64,000 nt of DNA from Nannocystis bainbridge (GCF_028368995.1 NZ_JAQNDL010000001.1:3456001-3520000); one strand, 5' to 3'; numbered from the stretch's first letter, positions 1-10,624 are shown. Numbers and translations: made by a program. The notes: a model not told the origin generated them from the sequence alone.

Positions 1-548
1 CAGTCGAACGGGATGAACGGCCCGCCCAGCGGCCGCACGTAGCCGTCGTCGCCGAGCGGCACCTTGTGATCGACCGCCAGGCCCTTCTGCAGCTTGTGCA
101 GGTTCCACAGCGGCTGCGTCGTGCGCCCGCCGACGGCCGCGCCGAGCCGCGCCGGCCCGATCCCGACCCCGTGGACCCCGCGGTTCATCGTCAACCGATC
201 GGTGGTGCCGAGCCGCGGATGATGGCAGGTCGAGCACGACACGTCGCGGTTGCCGCTCATGATCTTGTCGTAAAAGAGCGCCTCGCCGAGCTCGAACAGC
301 TCGTCCGAGACCGCCGGCGGCGGCTCGAGCGGCTCGATGCCGTTCTCGTCGATGAGGTCCCGCACCTCCGCGATCAGCAGGTGCTTCAGCAGCGACGTGC
401 TCGGCGCCACCTCGTCGGCGAGCTCCGCGGGCCCTTCCAGCGCCTCGTTACTCACCGCCTCCTGCGTCGCGCTCACGTCCTCCACGTCACACGCGAAAGC
501 CGCGACCATCGCCATCGATACCACCACCCCGATACGCTGATTCGACAT
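1..548 (-). CDS. Cytochrome c peroxidase/MauG-family lipoprotein (5' part; runs off the left edge)
   Basis: Own translation from ATG at 548: MSNQRIGVVVSMAMVAAFAC (lipobox-like)...LGEALFYDKIMSGNRDVSCSTCHHP. LGxxLFYDxxxS followed by CxxCH is the CCP_MauG N-terminal signature. Confidence 0.85.
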   Translation of the reverse strand, partial: MSNQRIGVVVSMAMVAAFACDVEDVSATQEAVSNEALEGPAELADEVAPSTSLLKHLLIAEVRDLIDENGIEPLEPPPAVSDELFELGEALFYDKIMSGNRDVSCSTCHHPRLGTTDRLTMNRGVHGVGIGPARLGAAVGGRTTQPLWNLHKLQKGLAVDHKVPLGDDGYVRPLGGPFIPFD

Positions 549-1512
549 GGATACTCCCACGATTCGGCTGCGTCGACCCGTCAGGCCGCGCGCCGAGGTT
601 GTCTCACCCGTCAATGTGCCACCGTGAGGCCCGCCCCCCGCGAACCTCACGCCTCACGCTTCACGATTCACCATACACCCTCGCCGCGGCCGTGCCCGAC
701 GCGCGCGCACCTCCGCGGCGATCCTCTCGCATCGAGGTCCGCGCGCGCCCGCTGCCGTCGCGCCGCCCCGATGTCCTCCCATTCTCCCCGCTCGCCCGCT
801 CCGACAACCTTCATGCCGGATTTCGCAAAATCCTTCACGGATTTTTTTTCGGCCCCGAAAAATCGCAGCATCGATACTGCCTACATGGCCCCCGATGTCT
901 CGCGGCGAGCTCCGACGATGTCGCGCCATTTCGATGACACGCAGCGGCCGCGGGCGACGCCCGCCCTCGCGCCCGCCGCACCTGCCCGCACGCGCATGTC
1001 CGGGGGCACGACACTGCCCCCAATCACCGCCCGGGCGGTCGGAGCCGCGGCGGTGTCACACCCGCCGTCGATTCGCCGCGCGAGCCCTCGCCTGCACCCA
1101 CATGAACCACGATCCGCAAATGCTGGCATGCCGTCGAGCTCTACGATTTCGGCAACAATCGCGCGCCCCGTCGGCGGGCCTCGCAACACATCATTGGCGT
1201 CACGAGACGCCGAACGGATCTCGCAAAATTTCCGCGTCCCTCGACTCACCGGCGTGAGCCGCCACCCTCGCTTTCCCCCGCGCCTCACCCCCGCATTCGG
1301 CGCACATCCGCTCGTTTCATCGCTTCCTGGGCACCGGAGCTTGTCTCGCCCCCGACGGCGGCGCCACTCGCCTCGCCGACGAATCGTCGGCGTCGCCGGA
1401 GCTTCGCATACGAACGACGTTCGAATCGCATTACGTCGCCGTCATTCGCCGCTTGCGCGGCCCGCGTGGCAAATCTGGCCTCTGGTGGCGACCTCGGCCG
1501 GATGCCTCGCGC

Positions 1513-2862
1513 TCACGGGTCGAGGTCGCGGTGCGTGAAGCGTCGCTTGCCGGGGCCGTAATCGGAGGCGACCTGGCCGTGTCCGCGCAATCGCCAGCGA
1601 TATGTGAGCAGACCGTCGGCCCCGACCGGCCCGCGAGCATGCAGTTTACCGGTCGAGATCCCGACCTCCGCGCCGAGGCCGAAGCGATAGCCGTCGGCGA
1701 ACCGCGTGCTCGCGTTCCAGAACACGTCGGCCGCGTCCACCGCCGCCAGGAACCGCTCGGCCGCCGGCGCGTCCGCGGCGACGATCGCCTCCGTGTGCTT
1801 CGATCCGTGCCGGTCGATATGGGCGAGCGCGTCCGCTTCGCCGGCGACCCCGCGGATCGCCAGAATCAGCGCCCCGTACTCGTGGCCCCAATCGGCGTCG
1901 GTCGCCTTCGCCAATTCCGGGTGCAGCGCGCGGGTCCGATCGCACCCGCGCAGCTCCACCCCGCGCTCGCCCAGCGCCGCCACACAGGCCGCCAGCGCCG
2001 CCTCCGCGCCGGGCTCCCACAATAGCGCCTCGACCGCGTTGCAGGCCGCCGGATAGCCGCACTTGGCGTCGACCGCGATCGTCGCCGCCATCGTCGGCTC
2101 GGCCGAGGCGTGCAAGAAGAGGTGGCAAACGCCCTCGGCGTGGCCCATCACCGCGATCCGGGTGCTGCGCTGGACGTGACGCACGAACTCGTGCCCGCCG
2201 CGCGCGATCACCAGATCGAGCACGTCGTCGAGCGCGAGCATCGCCGTGATGTCTTCGCGCTGCTCGAGCAACGTGATCGCCGCCGGCGCGATCCCGTGGC
2301 GCTGCAGCGCTCGCTGCATCAATTCGACCAGGGCGCGGTTGCTCTCGCGCGCCTCGCTGCCGCCCTTCAGCAGCGCCGCGTTGCCGCTCTTCAGGCACAG
2401 CCCGCCGATCTGCGGCGCCGCGTCGGGCCGGGCCTCGAACACCACACCCACGAGCCCCAGCGGGCACGGCACCCGCTCGAGCACGAGCCCCTCGTCGAGC
2501 TCGCGGCGCAGCTGCGGCCGCCCGAGCAGCTCCGGCATCGCCGCCAATTGGCCGAGCCCGTCGGCGACGCTGTCGAGCTTGGCGGCGTCGAGCCCCAGCC
2601 GCTTGAGCCGCGCCGGGTCGAGCTCGCCCGCCGCCGCCGCTGCCCGCGCGGCCGCCACGTCGCGCGCGTTGGCGGCCAGCAGGCGCTCGCGCTCCTCGGG
2701 GTCGGCCAGCGCCGCGGCCACGTCGCGGAGCAGCGCAGCCCGGTCCGGCCCGCTCAGCGCCGCGAGCTGCCGCCCGGCCGCCCGGGCCGCCAGCGCCAGC
2801 GCGCGCACCCGCCCGTCGGCCTGCTGCCCGTCCTGTCCCTCACGACCTGTCGCTTGCGTCAT
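1513..2862 (-). CDS. proA: Gamma-glutamyl phosphate reductase
   Basis: VPCPLGLVGVVFEARP, LKSGNAALLKGGSEA, ACNA catalytic Cys, NASTRFADGYRFGLGAEVGISTGKLHARGPVG. Confidence 0.97.
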   Translation of the reverse strand: MTQATGREGQDGQQADGRVRALALAARAAGRQLAALSGPDRAALLRDVAAALADPEERERLLAANARDVAAARAAAAAGELDPARLKRLGLDAAKLDSVADGLGQLAAMPELLGRPQLRRELDEGLVLERVPCPLGLVGVVFEARPDAAPQIGGLCLKSGNAALLKGGSEARESNRALVELMQRALQRHGIAPAAITLLEQREDITAMLALDDVLDLVIARGGHEFVRHVQRSTRIAVMGHAEGVCHLFLHASAEPTMAATIAVDAKCGYPAACNAVEALLWEPGAEAALAACVAALGERGVELRGCDRTRALHPELAKATDADWGHEYGALILAIRGVAGEADALAHIDRHGSKHTEAIVAADAPAAERFLAAVDAADVFWNASTRFADGYRFGLGAEVGISTGKLHARGPVGADGLLTYRWRLRGHGQVASDYGPGKRRFTHRDLDP

Positions 2863-2922
2863 GTCCTCTTCACCATGTCCTTGAGCACATGTCCTCGACG
2901 ACCTGCCCTATCGGCCATCCTC
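2829..2922. repeat. 14-bp-period GGACATGTCC-like decamer array (7 units) over the proA start
   Basis: Cores CCTG 2832, CCTG 2846, CATG 2860, 2874, 2888, CCTG 2902, CATC 2916. Confidence 0.85.
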
Positions 2923-3013
2923 GAACCTCGGCCAGCGCCAGGTCCTCGCGGCCGAACGCGAGGAGATACCGAGCGCGACCGGTCCTCTCCATCACTTCGG
3001 AGCCCGGCCATCC

Positions 3014-4177
3014 TCAGACCTCGGACAGCGCCAGGTTGTCGCGGCCGATCACCGCGTCGTAGCCGCAGAACCCGAGGATGCTGGCGATCTCGCTGCTGTG
3101 ACGGCCGGCCAGCCGGCGGCACTCCTCGGACGAATAGTTGACCAGCCCGCGCCCGTGCACGCGCCCGCTGCCGTCGCGGATCTCGACCAGCTCGCCGCGG
3201 GCGAACTCGCCGTCGACGCGCACGAGCCCGATCGGCAGCAGCGACGCCTTGCGCTCGTGCAGCGCCGCGATCGCCCCCTCGTTGACGACCAGCCCCCCGC
3301 GCGCCGGCGCGCCCGAGGCGATCTGGCGCCGGTGGGCCGAGCGGCGCTGGGCCGGCGGCACGTACGTCCCGCGGTCCTCGCCGGCCAGCGCCGCCACCAG
3401 CGCGCCCGGCAGGTGCCCGCTGGTGATCAGCACGCCGATGCCCGCCTTGCTGGCCAGCCGCGCCGCCTCGAGCTTGCTGGTCATGCCGCCGGTGCCGCCG
3501 GCCGAGGTCCCCGCCGTGCGCGCCAGCGCCTCCTCGCTCACGTCGGCGAGCTCGCCGATCCGCCGCGCCTCGGGGTCGGTGCGCGGGTTGGCGGTGTAGA
3601 GCCCGTCGACGTCGGTCAAGATCACCAGCAGGTCCGCGTCGATCGCCACCGCCACGCGGGCCGACAGCCCGTCGTTGTCGCCGAACTCGAGCGCCGGCCC
3701 CGAGCCGCCCTGCCCGCGGCGGAACTCCATCAGCTCGCGCACGCTGACGCTGTCGTTCTCGTTGAGGATCGGCACCACCCCGAGCTCGAGCAGCCGCATC
3801 AGCGTGGTCCGCACGCACAGCGCCCGGTCGCGGTCGGCCAGGTCCTCCTGGATCAGCAGCACCTGCGCCGCCTTGACCCCGAGCTGGCCGAACAGCTGGG
3901 TGTAGAGCGCCATCAGGTGGCCCTGCCCGACCGCCGCGCAGGCCTGGCGCAGTCCCAGCGAATCTGGCCTCTTGGCCAGGCCGAGCACGCGCTGGCCCAT
4001 GCCGACCGCGCCGCTGCTGACCACGATCACCTCGCGCCCCTGGCGGTGCAGGTCGCACGCGGCCTCGACCAGGCTCGACAGCCGCCCGAGCGCCAGCCCG
4101 GCCTCCGGATGGGTCACGACCCCGGTCCCGAGCTTGATCACGATCCGCCGTGCCGCGGCCACGTCGCGCCGATTCAT
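3014..4177 (-). CDS. proB: Glutamate 5-kinase with C-terminal PUA domain
   Basis: RIVIKLGTG, VSSGAV, AAVGQ, PILNENDSV, FGDNDGLSA, GTGGMTSKLEAA; ATG at 4177. Confidence 0.97.
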   Translation of the reverse strand: MNRRDVAAARRIVIKLGTGVVTHPEAGLALGRLSSLVEAACDLHRQGREVIVVSSGAVGMGQRVLGLAKRPDSLGLRQACAAVGQGHLMALYTQLFGQLGVKAAQVLLIQEDLADRDRALCVRTTLMRLLELGVVPILNENDSVSVRELMEFRRGQGGSGPALEFGDNDGLSARVAVAIDADLLVILTDVDGLYTANPRTDPEARRIGELADVSEEALARTAGTSAGGTGGMTSKLEAARLASKAGIGVLITSGHLPGALVAALAGEDRGTYVPPAQRRSAHRRQIASGAPARGGLVVNEGAIAALHERKASLLPIGLVRVDGEFARGELVEIRDGSGRVHGRGLVNYSSEECRRLAGRHSSEIASILGFCGYDAVIGRDNLALSEV

Positions 4178-4908
4178 CGCACCGCCCCCTCGCCCTCGCC
4201 GACAATGATCATAGCCCCGGCGCGGCCCACGAAGAGCTGTCCCGTCATCGCCCGCCGACGCTACCACAGCGCCCGCCACCCCGGCCACCGCGGTCGCCGG
4301 GGCGCGATGCAACTCACGGCAAACCCCGCCGGGTCCCGCCCTCGCGCCCGCAGCCACGAGCTCGCGCCCGCGGCCGACCCGGAGGCCGAGCGCCTCTCCG
4401 CGCGACGCCAGCGACCCCGGCGGCCTCGACCCGGCGATCCAACGATCCGGGCGGCGCGGCCTCAGCACGAGAGGGCGGCGGAGCGACCTCCCGCAGGTCG
4501 CCTCCACGAGCGCGAGAAACCTCGAGGCCATCCTTTACCTTCTACCTTCTTAGGATCGACGTCGCGCGACCGCTGCGCCGCTCCGCGCATGCCCTCGCTC
4601 GTGCGGCCGTCCGTCCGTGTCCGCGTCAAAGCTGTGATCGCCGCCCCACCGAACGGCGGCGGCCACGACCCGGCACGGACGCATCATTCATCGCCTTCGC
4701 TGCGCGCCGCGATCGCCGGCAACGGACCCTCGTCTTTCACGCCGCGGGGGTCATTGTCGGCACCGGTGTCGCCCCATCGATCTGCCTCAATTCCGGTCCC
4801 CTGCCGAGATAGTGACATCGGGGCCGGTCCGGGCAGGCGGCCCACGACCCGCGCAATCAGGGTGAATGTCCGCGGGAACCGCCGGCCTCTGGCCCTGGGG
4901 CTCGCCGT

Positions 4909-4955
4909 TCCCTGCACATACAATCCCTGCACATAAATTTCCCTGCGCATGCAAT
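4909..4955. promoter_or_regulatory. Three direct repeats TCCCTGCRCAT (15-16 bp spacing) upstream of oar
   Basis: ccctgcacata at 4910 and 4925, ccctgcgcatg at 4941, in an AT-richer intergenic region. Confidence 0.5.
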
Positions 4956-5108
4956 CAGCCTGGGCATTGGGGGTGACCGCTGACTTGTGACAGGCGTCAT
5001 CACCTGTCCTAAAAATTGTTAGCCACTTCACAAATCAACGACGTAAACCCTGCCGATACCCGCCGATTTACGACCCACGGACGTCCGCCTGCGGTTTCAC
5101 AGTTTGTG

Positions 5109-5138
5109 TTGACATGCAGCGGACGGGCAGGCTATGTG
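5109..5138 (+). promoter_or_regulatory. Putative sigma70-type promoter for oar-mlpA
   Basis: Perfect TTGACA at 5109-5114; weak -10 (ctatgt/tatgtg) 17-18 bp downstream. Confidence 0.45.
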
Positions 5139-5285
5139 CGTGCCTAACCACCGACTTGGGTGTACGTACAAGCGTAGCCTCTGAAGAACGCTGTCAACCG
5201 CAGTCACGGGCCCCCATCGGGCTCGAACACGGTGACGTCTGATTTACGCGGCCGATTTGCGGCGAACCACGGGCAAGAGGGCAAG

Positions 5286-8200
5286 ATGCGCAGGAGTGCT
5301 TGGATCACCATTTTAGGTGCCGTGGCTGCACAGGCGGCGGTCGTTTCGACGGCCGAGGCCGGGCCGAGCGACGCGGTATTGGTCGGAGTCGTCCGCGACG
5401 CGTCCACCGGCGAGGGCATCGAGGGCGCGCTGGTCATCGTCACCGGCGAGAAGATCCAGGGCGAGCGCACGATGACGACCAACGTCAGCGGCCTCTACCG
5501 TATTCCCAACCTTCCGCCCGGCACCTACGACGTGACCGTGTTCGCCCAGGACTACGGCGCCGGCAACAAGCGCGCCGGCCTGCAGCTGCGCGCCGGCACC
5601 ACGATTCGCGTCGACGTCCAGCTCGTGCGCTCGGGCACCCGCGAGGTCATCGAGGTCAACGTCGCCGCGCCGACGATCGACGTCGGCAACGGCGCCACCG
5701 GTCTTTCGGTCGACCGCGAGATGGCGCAGCGGGTCCCGATCGCCATCCCGACCGGCAAGGGCGCCGCCAATCGTTCGTTCGAGGCCATCGCCGAGGCCAC
5801 CCCGGGCGCTCGCAACGACACCTACGGCACCAGCATCGCCGGCACCACCTCGCCGGAGAACAAGTACTACGTCGACGGCCTGTCGGTGAACGACCCCGGC
5901 TTCGGTCTCAACGGCACCGGGCTGTCGATGGAGTTCCTCGAAGAGGTACGCATCGAGGCCGGCGGGTACATGCCGGAGCACGGGCGGTCGACCGGCGGTG
6001 TCATCAACGCCGTCACCAAGAGCGGCTCGAATCAGTTCCATGGCAACGTTTGGGCCTACTACACGCCCGGCCAGCTCGAGGGTCGACGGGAGATCGCCCG
6101 GCGCGAGGGCGACGCGATCGTCACCGAGCGCAACCTCAATTGGATCGGCGACGCCGGCTTCGACATCGGCGGGCGCATCATCAAGGACAAGCTGTGGTTC
6201 TACGGCGGCGTCAGCATCGCGCGCACCGTCTACGACCTCACCAGCTCGTGGAACCGGGTGTCCGTCGACCCTGACGGCAACGCGCTGATCGACCCCGACA
6301 CCAAGTTCACGGTCACCGAGCGCATCGCTGGCACCACCCAGCGGTTCAAGGCCCAGGGCACCACCGTCCAGGCGCTCGGCAAGCTGACCTACTCGCCCAA
6401 CAAGCGCAACACGCTCGAGATCCTGGCGATCTACGCCCCGAGCCTGTCGGGCGGCAACGGCACGTTCGGCATGAACGCGCAGACCGGTCAGCCCGAGGTC
6501 CTGAACCTCGTCGGCGACTACGGCGCGCTGGCCCGCAAGTACCGCGACAATTCCACCGACCTGCAGTTCAAGTGGAACTGGCGCGACGACGACGGCAAGT
6601 GGAACTTCGACACCATCCTCGGCTGGCACCATCAGCTCAACCAGCGCAACGCCGTCGACGGCACCCGCGTCGGCGACACCACCGGCCTGGCCGGCACGCC
6701 GAGCGTCGTCTATCGCCGGACCAATAACTTCTACGGCGCCGACGGCGGCCTGCTGGAGCCCGGCATGCCGGGCTACCGCGAGGTCCACTCGCTGACCGAC
6801 CTCACGCCGCTGCCGGGCGGCGCGCCGGGCGGCGCGTGCGACCCGATGATGTACTCGTTCACCGATCCGGTGTTGATGGACGCGCAGACGCGCTCCGTCG
6901 TGTGCCCGATCCGCCAGTGGACCACCGGCGGCCCCGGCCTCCTCTACGATCGCCGGCTCGATCGCCTGCAGGCGCGCGAGATCGTCACGCGGCTCGCTCG
7001 CGGCGCCGGTCACCACGTCATCAAGTTCGGCGTCGACTTCGAGTACACGCAGTACAACAGCAACCGCGGCTACAGCGGCAACCAGATCTACCGCGAGTCG
7101 ACGAACGGCACCAACTTCGCCGACTTCCGCATGTACTCGTTCCTCAGCGGGCCGGACGACGCCAACGTCATCCGCAACCTGAACTGGAACGTCATGTCGA
7201 CCACGATCGGCGGCTTCATTCAGGACAGCTGGTCGATCATGGACAAGGTCACGCTGAACGCGGGCCTCCGTTACGACGCCCAGCACCTGTTCAGCGGCGA
7301 CCGCACGCTGGCGATGGCCCTGCCGAACCAGTTCTCGCCGCGCATCGGCCTGATCTGGGACCCGACCTACAGCGGCAAGGCCAAGTTGTTCGTCAACTAC
7401 GCCCGCTTCTACCAGAGCGTCCCGCTCAACCTGGCCGACCGCGCCGGCACCGGCGAGCCCGGCCTGCAGTCGTTCCACAACGCTGTCGGCCCCGGGTCGT
7501 GCAGCGACCCGCTGGCCCCCGGCGCCAACGACCCCGGCGGCGCCTGTACTAACGACGCCAATCGCCTCCTGATCGGCGGCCCCGCCGACGCCGACCAGCG
7601 GTGGGCCCTCGCCAGCGCCGGCAAGACCCCGATCGACCCGCGGCTCAAGCCGCAGTCGAGCGACGAGATCGTGGCCGGCGGCGAGTACGAGATCATCCCC
7701 GACACCCGCCTCGGCGTGCAGTACACCCACCGGTGGCTGCACCGCGCCATCGAGGACATGAGCCGCGACGAGGCGGCCACCTACTTCATCGGCAACCCCG
7801 GCTACGGCATCGCCAAGGACTTCCCCAAGGCCAAGCGCGTCTACGACAGCGCGGTGCTGTTCGTCGAGAAGCGGTTCGCCAAGCACTGGATGATCACCGG
7901 CAGCTACACGCTGTCGTGGCTGCGCGGCAACCTCGCCGGCCTGTTCCGTCCGGAGACCGGCCAGCTCGACCCGAACACCACCTCCGACTTCGACCTCATC
8001 TCGCTGCTCGAGAACCGCTCCGGCTACTTGCCGGGCGACACGCGTCACTCCTTCAAGGTCTTCACCGCCGGCGAGATCGTGCTCGGCAACGGCCAGTTCC
8101 TGCGGCTCGGCGGCGCGCTGCGGGCCCGCTCGGGCGGTCCCACCAATTACCTGGCCTCGCACGTCCTCTACGGCTTCGACGAGTCGTTCATCCTCCCGCG

Positions 8201-8513
8201 CGGCAGCGGCGAGCGGCTGCCGTGGAACTTCTCGATCGATCCGACCGTCGGCTACACCAAGATCCTGCGCAAGGACCTGCGCATCACCGTCTCGATGGAC
8301 GTGTTCAACGTCGCCAACTTCCAGCAGATCCTGGCGATCGACGAGCGCTACACCTTCGACGAGGTCAACCCGATCAAGGGTGGCACCATGGCGGACCTGG
8401 CGAGCGCCACCACCACCGGCGGCACGCCGATCACGGTCAACCCGAACTTCGGCAATCCGACCTTCTACCAGCAGCCGCGGCAGTTCCGCTTCGGCATCCG
8501 CCTGTCCTTCTGA
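5286..8513 (+). CDS. oar: Oar-type TonB-dependent outer-membrane transporter with N-terminal carboxypeptidase-regulatory-like domain
   Basis: Signal peptide, GLYRIPNLPPGTY, plug motif ENKYYVDG...GGYMPEHGRSTGGVINAVTKSGSNQFHG, FIQDSW...LNAGLRYD, C-terminal PRQFRFGIRLSF. Directly followed by an mlpA-like gene, as in Myxococcus. Confidence 0.88.
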   Translation: MRRSAWITILGAVAAQAAVVSTAEAGPSDAVLVGVVRDASTGEGIEGALVIVTGEKIQGERTMTTNVSGLYRIPNLPPGTYDVTVFAQDYGAGNKRAGLQLRAGTTIRVDVQLVRSGTREVIEVNVAAPTIDVGNGATGLSVDREMAQRVPIAIPTGKGAANRSFEAIAEATPGARNDTYGTSIAGTTSPENKYYVDGLSVNDPGFGLNGTGLSMEFLEEVRIEAGGYMPEHGRSTGGVINAVTKSGSNQFHGNVWAYYTPGQLEGRREIARREGDAIVTERNLNWIGDAGFDIGGRIIKDKLWFYGGVSIARTVYDLTSSWNRVSVDPDGNALIDPDTKFTVTERIAGTTQRFKAQGTTVQALGKLTYSPNKRNTLEILAIYAPSLSGGNGTFGMNAQTGQPEVLNLVGDYGALARKYRDNSTDLQFKWNWRDDDGKWNFDTILGWHHQLNQRNAVDGTRVGDTTGLAGTPSVVYRRTNNFYGADGGLLEPGMPGYREVHSLTDLTPLPGGAPGGACDPMMYSFTDPVLMDAQTRSVVCPIRQWTTGGPGLLYDRRLDRLQAREIVTRLARGAGHHVIKFGVDFEYTQYNSNRGYSGNQIYRESTNGTNFADFRMYSFLSGPDDANVIRNLNWNVMSTTIGGFIQDSWSIMDKVTLNAGLRYDAQHLFSGDRTLAMALPNQFSPRIGLIWDPTYSGKAKLFVNYARFYQSVPLNLADRAGTGEPGLQSFHNAVGPGSCSDPLAPGANDPGGACTNDANRLLIGGPADADQRWALASAGKTPIDPRLKPQSSDEIVAGGEYEIIPDTRLGVQYTHRWLHRAIEDMSRDEAATYFIGNPGYGIAKDFPKAKRVYDSAVLFVEKRFAKHWMITGSYTLSWLRGNLAGLFRPETGQLDPNTTSDFDLISLLENRSGYLPGDTRHSFKVFTAGEIVLGNGQFLRLGGALRARSGGPTNYLASHVLYGFDESFILPRGSGERLPWNFSIDPTVGYTKILRKDLRITVSMDVFNVANFQQILAIDERYTFDEVNPIKGGTMADLASATTTGGTPITVNPNFGNPTFYQQPRQFRFGIRLSF

Positions 8514-8528
8514 TCGATGAGGTTTACG

Positions 8529-9368
8529 ATGCAGCCCAGCAAGCGTCCGCCCCTCCGCGCCCTCGTCCCCGGCGCGCTCCTCCTCGTCGTCGGAGGCAGC
8601 TGCACGCAGCCGACGATGAACTGCACCACCGCCCACCTCTACTACGCGGCCCAGTACGAGCTCACCTCCGGCGACGCGAACTCGCCGTGCGCCCAGCACA
8701 AGGGCGACATCCTCGGCATGCAGACTTACTTCGCGACCGGCGGCATCAACGGCACCGCGAAGTTCAGCGACCCGTCGGCGGCGATCCGGCCCCAGTACGC
8801 CGGCCTCCTCGTCGCCGAGGCCCTCGAATACCCGGTCGACGTGCCCGGCTTCACCGGCGAGAAGGGCGTCGAGCACTGGCCCAACGCCGTCGGCGACTTC
8901 GAGAGCGGCCTCCCTGACGGCGAGGACCTCTGTCACGTCCCGCAGCTCGACTCCATGTTCACGCGCCCCGAGCTGCCGGCGATCGCCGACGACCCGATGA
9001 CGGCCGACGTCGACGAGACCGTCGAGGCCACCCCGCCGACCGCCGTCGCCTACGAGTGGAGCAACGCGCGCTGGCTCAACACCCCCGACGCTCAGGGCAC
9101 CCAGTTCGAGGCCGATCTCAAGTTCACCCAGGACGGCTGCACCGCTGAGTTCCACGTGGTCGCCGTCTCGCCGGCCGTCCACTGCGTCACCGACGAGGAC
9201 TGCACCACCACCGGCAACGGCATCAACCCCGACTTCGCGGTCGAGTGCGACAACCGCATCAACGACCCGCTGAGCCCGGACGTCGCCGACGACCCCGAGA
9301 CGCCCGCGAACGAGGCCGTCGACTACGGCCTGTGCGTCCTCGCCAGGCCGATCCCCTCCTACGAATAG
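8529..9368 (+). CDS. mlpA: MlpA-like lipoprotein
   Basis: Lipobox (VGGSC). GTQFEADLKFTQDGC, GNGINPDFAVEC and C-terminal IPSYE match my recollection of Myxococcus MlpA. GAGG RBS before ATG 8529; downstream of oar. Confidence 0.8.
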   Translation: MQPSKRPPLRALVPGALLLVVGGSCTQPTMNCTTAHLYYAAQYELTSGDANSPCAQHKGDILGMQTYFATGGINGTAKFSDPSAAIRPQYAGLLVAEALEYPVDVPGFTGEKGVEHWPNAVGDFESGLPDGEDLCHVPQLDSMFTRPELPAIADDPMTADVDETVEATPPTAVAYEWSNARWLNTPDAQGTQFEADLKFTQDGCTAEFHVVAVSPAVHCVTDEDCTTTGNGINPDFAVECDNRINDPLSPDVADDPETPANEAVDYGLCVLARPIPSYE

Positions 9369-9414
9369 CGAACGCGGAGCGACTACCATGCGACGTCCGT
9401 CGAATCACAGCACG

Positions 9415-10188
9415 ATGCGCTGCCTCCAGATCGCCGCCACCGCGACCGCCCTCCTGTTCGCCCAGGCCCCCGCGTTCGCCCAGGGCCCGGCCAGCCCGCC
9501 TCCGCCGTCGCCGCCTGCCGCTGCGCCTGCGGCCTCGCCCGCGCCTGCGCCCGCTTCGCCCGCGCCTGCGCCCAGCCCCGCCCCCGCGCCCAGCCCCGCC
9601 CCCGCGCCCGAGCCCTTGCCCGACCCGGGCGCGTGGAACCCGACCGGCGCGCCGCCCGTCGAGGCGCCGCCGGCCGAGCCTCCGCCGCCCGTCGAGCCCG
9701 CCCCGCCGCCCGAGCCCGAAGTCGCAGCCCCGCCCGCGCCTGTCGGTCCGCCTCCGCCGCCTGCGCTGGCGCCGGCCGATTCGGCCCAGGCCAAGAAGAT
9801 GCGGGCCGCCGGCGTTGGCACGATGATCGCCGGCGGGGTCCTCTCGCTGGCCGGCTTCGCCGTGACCCTCGCCTTCACCCTGCGCGGCAACAAGCTCGAG
9901 AGGGACCTGGTCGACGCCGAGGACGCCTATCAGCTCGGCGATTGCAGCCGCGTCACCACCGGCGAATGCAAGACGCTGACCGCCAACCGCGACGAGACCC
10001 GCCAGGGCATCCTCGGCTCCGATCGCATGACCGCGGTCGGCGGCGGGATCCTCGCCGGCGGCATCATCGTCACGGCGATCGGCGGAATCCTCTATCGCGT
10101 CGGCGTCAGGCGGATCACCAACACCGACCTGTCGCGCGTGCGCGTCAGCCCGACCTTCGGCGGGCTCTCGATCTCCGGCCGCTTCTGA
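9415..10188 (+). CDS. Exported Pro/Ala-rich protein with two hydrophobic segments and a C-terminal beta-signal-like end
   Basis: Signal peptide, APAP/PPP linker, two hydrophobic helices, ends GGLSISGRF. Confidence 0.75.
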   Translation: MRCLQIAATATALLFAQAPAFAQGPASPPPPSPPAAAPAASPAPAPASPAPAPSPAPAPSPAPAPEPLPDPGAWNPTGAPPVEAPPAEPPPPVEPAPPPEPEVAAPPAPVGPPPPPALAPADSAQAKKMRAAGVGTMIAGGVLSLAGFAVTLAFTLRGNKLERDLVDAEDAYQLGDCSRVTTGECKTLTANRDETRQGILGSDRMTAVGGGILAGGIIVTAIGGILYRVGVRRITNTDLSRVRVSPTFGGLSISGRF

Positions 10189-10255
10189 GCGTCGGCACAC
10201 GCGCGCGAGCAGGGGCGCGGTCGCGCGCGCGGGCCCGAGCGGGCATACTCGCGCC

Positions 10256-10624
10256 GTGCTCTACGCCATCCTCTGCTACAACGACGAGAAGGTCGTCACC
10301 TCGTGGACCCAGGCCGAGGACGACGCCGTCATGGCTCGCCTCGCGGTGGTGCACGACCGCCTCACCGCCGAGGGCACGCTCGGGCCGGCGGTGCGCCTGC
10401 GGCCGACCGCGGCGGCGACCACCGTGCGAAAGACCCACCCGCCGGTGATCCTCGACGGACCGTTCGCCGAGACCAAGGAGCAGCTGCTCGGCTTCTACGT
10501 CCTCGAGTGTCAGTCGCAAGACGAGGCGCTGGCCATCTCGCGCGAGCTGGCCGAGGCCAACCCCGGCGGATCATACGAGATCCGCCCGGTCTCGCTGTTC
10601 TTGCCCGGCCACCCGGTGCGCTGA
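10256..10624 (+). CDS. YciI/DGPF-family protein
   Basis: DGPFAETKEQLLGFY signature. Confidence 0.92.
   Translation: MLYAILCYNDEKVVTSWTQAEDDAVMARLAVVHDRLTAEGTLGPAVRLRPTAAATTVRKTHPPVILDGPFAETKEQLLGFYVLECQSQDEALAISRELAEANPGGSYEIRPVSLFLPGHPVR

Noticed and set aside
66-1538. Long + strand ORF, and other long antisense or frame-shifted ORFs (e.g. 5313-9389, 48411-52265, 26220-27986)
   Set aside because: Shadow ORFs of high-GC DNA: Arg/Ala/Pro-rich, no motifs, overlapping well-supported genes.
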